From Snowella sp. SOY_38_metabat_116 (GTDB lineage: Bacteria > Cyanobacteriota > Cyanobacteriia > Cyanobacteriales > Microcystaceae), in the NCBI GenBank assembly GCA_031396835.1, contig JANNLO010000100.1, forward strand, positions 1 through 63,590: 63,590 nucleotides of DNA, read 5' to 3'. Below, piece by piece: positions 60,625 through 63,590 of the stretch. Both the position numbers and the translations under genes were made by a program. The notes beneath the pieces are model-generated. The model ran no database searches. It worked only from the letters and a program-made list of their open reading frames with translations, and was not told where the DNA came from. How positions within the stretch are numbered: position 1 is the first letter of the stretch; each line of letters begins with the position of its first letter.

Positions 60625-60786
60625 TTAGTTCTGTTAACAAATGTGCGAGATGGGTTGAAATATTTGAATTTCGCCTGTCTCGCAAGATGGTTTATAAGGT
60701 AGAGTAAGAATTATGGCCAACAGGAGGTTAATAACGTTTAACTTAAAACTTTGTTATGTTCCAACTAGTGTCTGAATGTAAAGCTT

Positions 60787-61977
60787 ATGAATACGACGTT
60801 TATCTCTGACGAAAATCAAGTCATCGGCATTGAAGAAGATGAGGATGGGATTGAGAAGGAAATTGAAGATGACAATAAGGAAAATGATGAACCTCCTTTT
60901 GAACCTACAAAAATTAGAATTCAGACGAAAATTTTAACGATTAATTCAATTTTATTTAGAATAAAAGAAGGAGCATTAAATTTAGAGTCAGATTTTCAGC
61001 GTCCTCCTTTAATTTGGAGTAAAGTGGCTCAGAGCAGATTGATTGAATCAATTTTAGTTCGTATTCCCTTACCCTCATTTTATGTTGATGCTTCTGATGA
61101 GGAGGAATGGTTGATCGTCGATGGATTACAACGTTTAAGTACGCTAAAGGCTTTTGTATTGGATGAAAGTTTCAAGTTAACAGGTCTGGAATATTTACAG
61201 GAATTTAATAATAAAAATTTTGATGAGCTTCCTCGCAATTACCAACGTAGAATTGGAGAAACAGAAATTATTATTCATTCACTTGAGCAACATACTCCTG
61301 AAAATGTCAAGTTTCATATATTTAAGCGAATTAATACAGGAGGGTTGCCACTTTCTTCACAAGAAATTCGTCATGTTATTTATCAAGGTAAAGCAACTCA
61401 ATTATTAAGAAAACTATCAATTTCCACAGACTTTCAAGAAATAATTGGAATTGGCAAAAATAATAGGCTTGCAACTAGAATGGGTGATAAAGAATTTATT
61501 CTTCGTTTTTTAGCGTTTTATATTACTCCATATACAGAATATAAGAAAAATTCATTGGAGGATTTTTTGAATAACACAATGGATATTCTGAATAAGTCTT
61601 CTGAGGAAATTCTTAAAATCTATGAACAAAATTTTTATTTTTCCATAGAATTAGCCAAAAAAATATTTGGAGAATTTGCTTTTCGTAAACTGATTAAAGA
61701 TCAAAAACGCAAATACCCACCAAACAAAGCTCTCTTTGAGGTTTGGTTAGTTAATTTGGCTAAGTTAGATGATAATAATCGAAGAAAATTAGAATCTAAC
61801 AAGCAAAATGTCTATGATAAATTTCTTGATTTAATTAATTATTCAGGAAGCAATTTAGAAATGCAGGAAAAATGTACAAAATTCAATAAGTCTATCACCT
61901 ATGGAACAAGTCAGGTTCAACAAGTCCGTTTTCGTTTTCAATGTATTGAAGGATTAATACAAGAGATTATTGAATGA
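60787..61977 (+). CDS. DUF262-domain (ParB/Srx-fold) protein
   Basis: DFQRPP...LIESILVRIPLPSFYV...VDGLQRLSTL motifs after an acidic N-terminal tail. The stop overlaps the next start (ATGA). Confidence 0.7.
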   Translation: MNTTFISDENQVIGIEEDEDGIEKEIEDDNKENDEPPFEPTKIRIQTKILTINSILFRIKEGALNLESDFQRPPLIWSKVAQSRLIESILVRIPLPSFYVDASDEEEWLIVDGLQRLSTLKAFVLDESFKLTGLEYLQEFNNKNFDELPRNYQRRIGETEIIIHSLEQHTPENVKFHIFKRINTGGLPLSSQEIRHVIYQGKATQLLRKLSISTDFQEIIGIGKNNRLATRMGDKEFILRFLAFYITPYTEYKKNSLEDFLNNTMDILNKSSEEILKIYEQNFYFSIELAKKIFGEFAFRKLIKDQKRKYPPNKALFEVWLVNLAKLDDNNRRKLESNKQNVYDKFLDLINYSGSNLEMQEKCTKFNKSITYGTSQVQQVRFRFQCIEGLIQEIIE

Positions 61978-63077
61978 TTACTAAGTTATTACTAAAAAAT
62001 TTTAAACCTTTTTCTGAACAATCCCTTGAACTCAGAAATTTAACAGTTTTGTCAGGTTTAAATAGCACGGGGAAATCATCCGTTCTTCAGTCATTGTTGC
62101 TACTTCGACAATCTTTTGAACAAAAATTATTAAATGAAGTAGGATTAGCATTAAATGGCGACTTAGTTTCTATCGGGACAGGAAAAGACGCTTTATATGA
62201 ATCAGCACCAGAAGATATACTAAAACTGAAAATTTCTGATAGTAACAATATAACAGCAGAATGGTGTTTTAATTATAATCGTAATTCCGATGTAATGGAG
62301 TTAGATCGAGAGTTGACTAATGTTGACCCTGCAATTTATCAATCTAGCCTTTTTCTCGACAACTTTCATTATATTCAGGCGGAACGATTAGGGCCAAGAA
62401 GATACTTTGAAATGTCAGATTTTCAAGTAAGACAACATCGACAAATAGGAAGTAAAGGTGAATATGCAGCTTATTTTATAGATATTTATCAACACGAAAA
62501 AATTATCAATCCTGAGCTTGGTCATCCATTTGCTAATTCTTTAACTTTGAAAGATCAGGTAGAAGCGTGGATGAGTGAAATAAGTCCAGGAACAAAGCTA
62601 AATATTACAGCAAATTCAGCTATGGATGTTGTTAGTTTGCAGTACTCTTATGGATTGAGTAATGACTATCGTTCAACTAATGTTGGTTTTGGAATAACCT
62701 ATATATTACCAATATTGGTCGCTATTCTTTCAGCACAACTGGACACCTTGATTTTATTAGAAAATCCCGAAGCTCATCTTCATCCCAAAGGACAATCTAA
62801 GATGGGAAGATTGTTAGCACTTGCTGCGAATTGTGGCATACAAATTATTGTTGAAACTCATAGTGATCACCTTCTTAATGGTATTCGTGTTGCAGTTCGT
62901 GAAAAGTTAGCTAAAGCTGATGATGTTCAACTTTATTATTTTAAGCGATATTTTGAAGATGAAAAAAATATCATTACCGAAGTTGTATCTCCTCGCTTAT
63001 ATCAGGATGGAGGTATTGACCTCTGGCCAGAGGGATTTTTTGATCAATCAGAACACGATTTAATGGATTTATTATAA
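61974..63077 (+). CDS. DUF3696-type ABC/OLD-like ATPase
   Basis: Walker A GLNSTGKSS, LLENPEAHLHP, ETHSDH, and C-terminal WPEGFFDQ. Confidence 0.7.
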   Translation: MITKLLLKNFKPFSEQSLELRNLTVLSGLNSTGKSSVLQSLLLLRQSFEQKLLNEVGLALNGDLVSIGTGKDALYESAPEDILKLKISDSNNITAEWCFNYNRNSDVMELDRELTNVDPAIYQSSLFLDNFHYIQAERLGPRRYFEMSDFQVRQHRQIGSKGEYAAYFIDIYQHEKIINPELGHPFANSLTLKDQVEAWMSEISPGTKLNITANSAMDVVSLQYSYGLSNDYRSTNVGFGITYILPILVAILSAQLDTLILLENPEAHLHPKGQSKMGRLLALAANCGIQIIVETHSDHLLNGIRVAVREKLAKADDVQLYYFKRYFEDEKNIITEVVSPRLYQDGGIDLWPEGFFDQSEHDLMDLL

Positions 63078-63078
63078 A

Positions 63079-63590
63079 ATGTACTTTTTCATTAATGAAC
63101 TCTCATTTATTGGACAGGCTAAAGATGTTTACGAAGCTAAACAATTTATCACCGAATTGTATTCAGTCATTAAAGAAATTGAACCTCTTCAAATTCAAAA
63201 GGATAAGCCAGTTCAAACTCATAGTAATATAGCAAACGAAAAAATTTGCTCTAATTTAACACTTAATCAATGGTTAAATAAAAATTTAAACTCAACAGAT
63301 AGGCATGGTCGGACAGTTGCTAGTTTCTTCTTAAACATCATTAGCAAAGGCCCCTTTATTGATCAGCAAGGAATTCTCAATTCTTGTCAATGCTATTTTG
63401 AAGATCAAGATGTTCACCTCAATTCTTTGTCAGGAGCAGCATATTATCGAGGTATTCTTATTAGCTTACAAAATTCATCATGTTTTTCTGATGATACTGT
63501 TAAAGTTAAATTTGGTTATGAGCAACAAGAACTTCAAAATATAGACATTACTAATCTAACCAAAATCAGTCAAGTCAAAGGAATACGCCG
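63079..63590 (+). CDS. hypothetical protein, third gene of the DUF262/DUF3696 operon (3' end beyond window)
   Basis: The ATG lies 1 nt after the preceding stop. My manual translation stays open for 170 codons to the window edge (MYFFINELSFIGQAKDVYEAKQFITELYSVIKEIEP...). It is not in the supplied ORF track because it has no stop. Confidence 0.6.
   Translation, partial: MYFFINELSFIGQAKDVYEAKQFITELYSVIKEIEPLQIQKDKPVQTHSNIANEKICSNLTLNQWLNKNLNSTDRHGRTVASFFLNIISKGPFIDQQGILNSCQCYFEDQDVHLNSLSGAAYYRGILISLQNSSCFSDDTVKVKFGYEQQELQNIDITNLTKISQVKGIR

Noticed and set aside
60644-60684. Hairpin TGCGAGA...TCTCGCA after carB as an intrinsic terminator
   Set aside because: It has a 7-bp stem with a 27-nt loop and no following T-tract. 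That is insufficient for a terminator call, though it may mark the island boundary.
2559-61408. About 45 short ORFs of 60-111 aa in the track. They lie antisense to, or out of frame within, longer confident genes. Examples: 2559-2762, 7223-7847 group, 8234-8494, 8714-8920, 10727-11268 group, 14794-15318, 16462-16698, 18136-18348, 19551-19850, 20579-21246, 22206-22388, 22938-23180, 27038-27223, 28371-28553, 29610-30426, 32711-32920, 37370-37618, 41602-41874, 42929-43178, 44235-44447, 45081-45426, 46847-47471, 49571-49756, 51403-51594, 53098-53428 plus-strand ones, 54799-55051, 56072-56359, 57573-60263 group, 61220-61408.
   Set aside because: Each is fully nested in, or overlaps, a gene with strong motif support on another frame or strand. 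Their translations are low-complexity or compositionally odd, and none shows a recognisable motif. I treat them as shadow ORFs.
63359-63544. 61-aa + strand ORF listed in the track
   Set aside because: It is out of frame with the longer reading frame that starts at 63079 immediately after the ATPase gene and stays open to the window edge. The longer frame is the better gene model.

Overview
This is a chromosomal segment of an AT-rich cyanobacterium. The octamer GCGATCGC (HIP1) occurs about once per 0.6 kb by my eye count, and psaM, petP, btpA, ntcA, narB and a Ycf38-like ABC pair are present. Most of the window is housekeeping: ruvC, hisH, uppP, argB, truB, mntH, ntcA, narB, menB, glyS, carB, tRNA-Val(CAC) and tRNA-Arg(CCG). 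There are no rRNA genes, CRISPR arrays or transposases.

Accessory or unusual content:
1. A translationally coupled DUF262 / DUF3696-ATPase / unknown-gene operon lies after carB (60787 to the window edge). It sits in a HIP1-free, AT-rich tract and is my best candidate for a defence-type system. It is truncated by the window.
2. A 1.7-kb toxin-antitoxin patch lies between glyS and an ABC permease. It holds an intact yefM-yoeB pair, a frameshifted ParE-like toxin with an intact antitoxin, and a ParD remnant. The cassettes are separated by three copies of one repeat.
3. A 7.7-kb HIP1-free tract (30461-38198) holds two leaderless repeat proteins: an HExxH protein and a 9x ELWxxDGT + Calx-beta protein. 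They share a near-identical 150-aa C-terminal module. The tract also holds a 918-bp non-coding gap and a glycosyltransferase/methyltransferase cluster. Two enzymes in that cluster end in the same coiled-coil plus TSKFWK(L/I)R tail.
4. A 195-bp MITE-like element lies upstream of mntH.

All calls come from reading the translations and motifs by eye. No database search was run.
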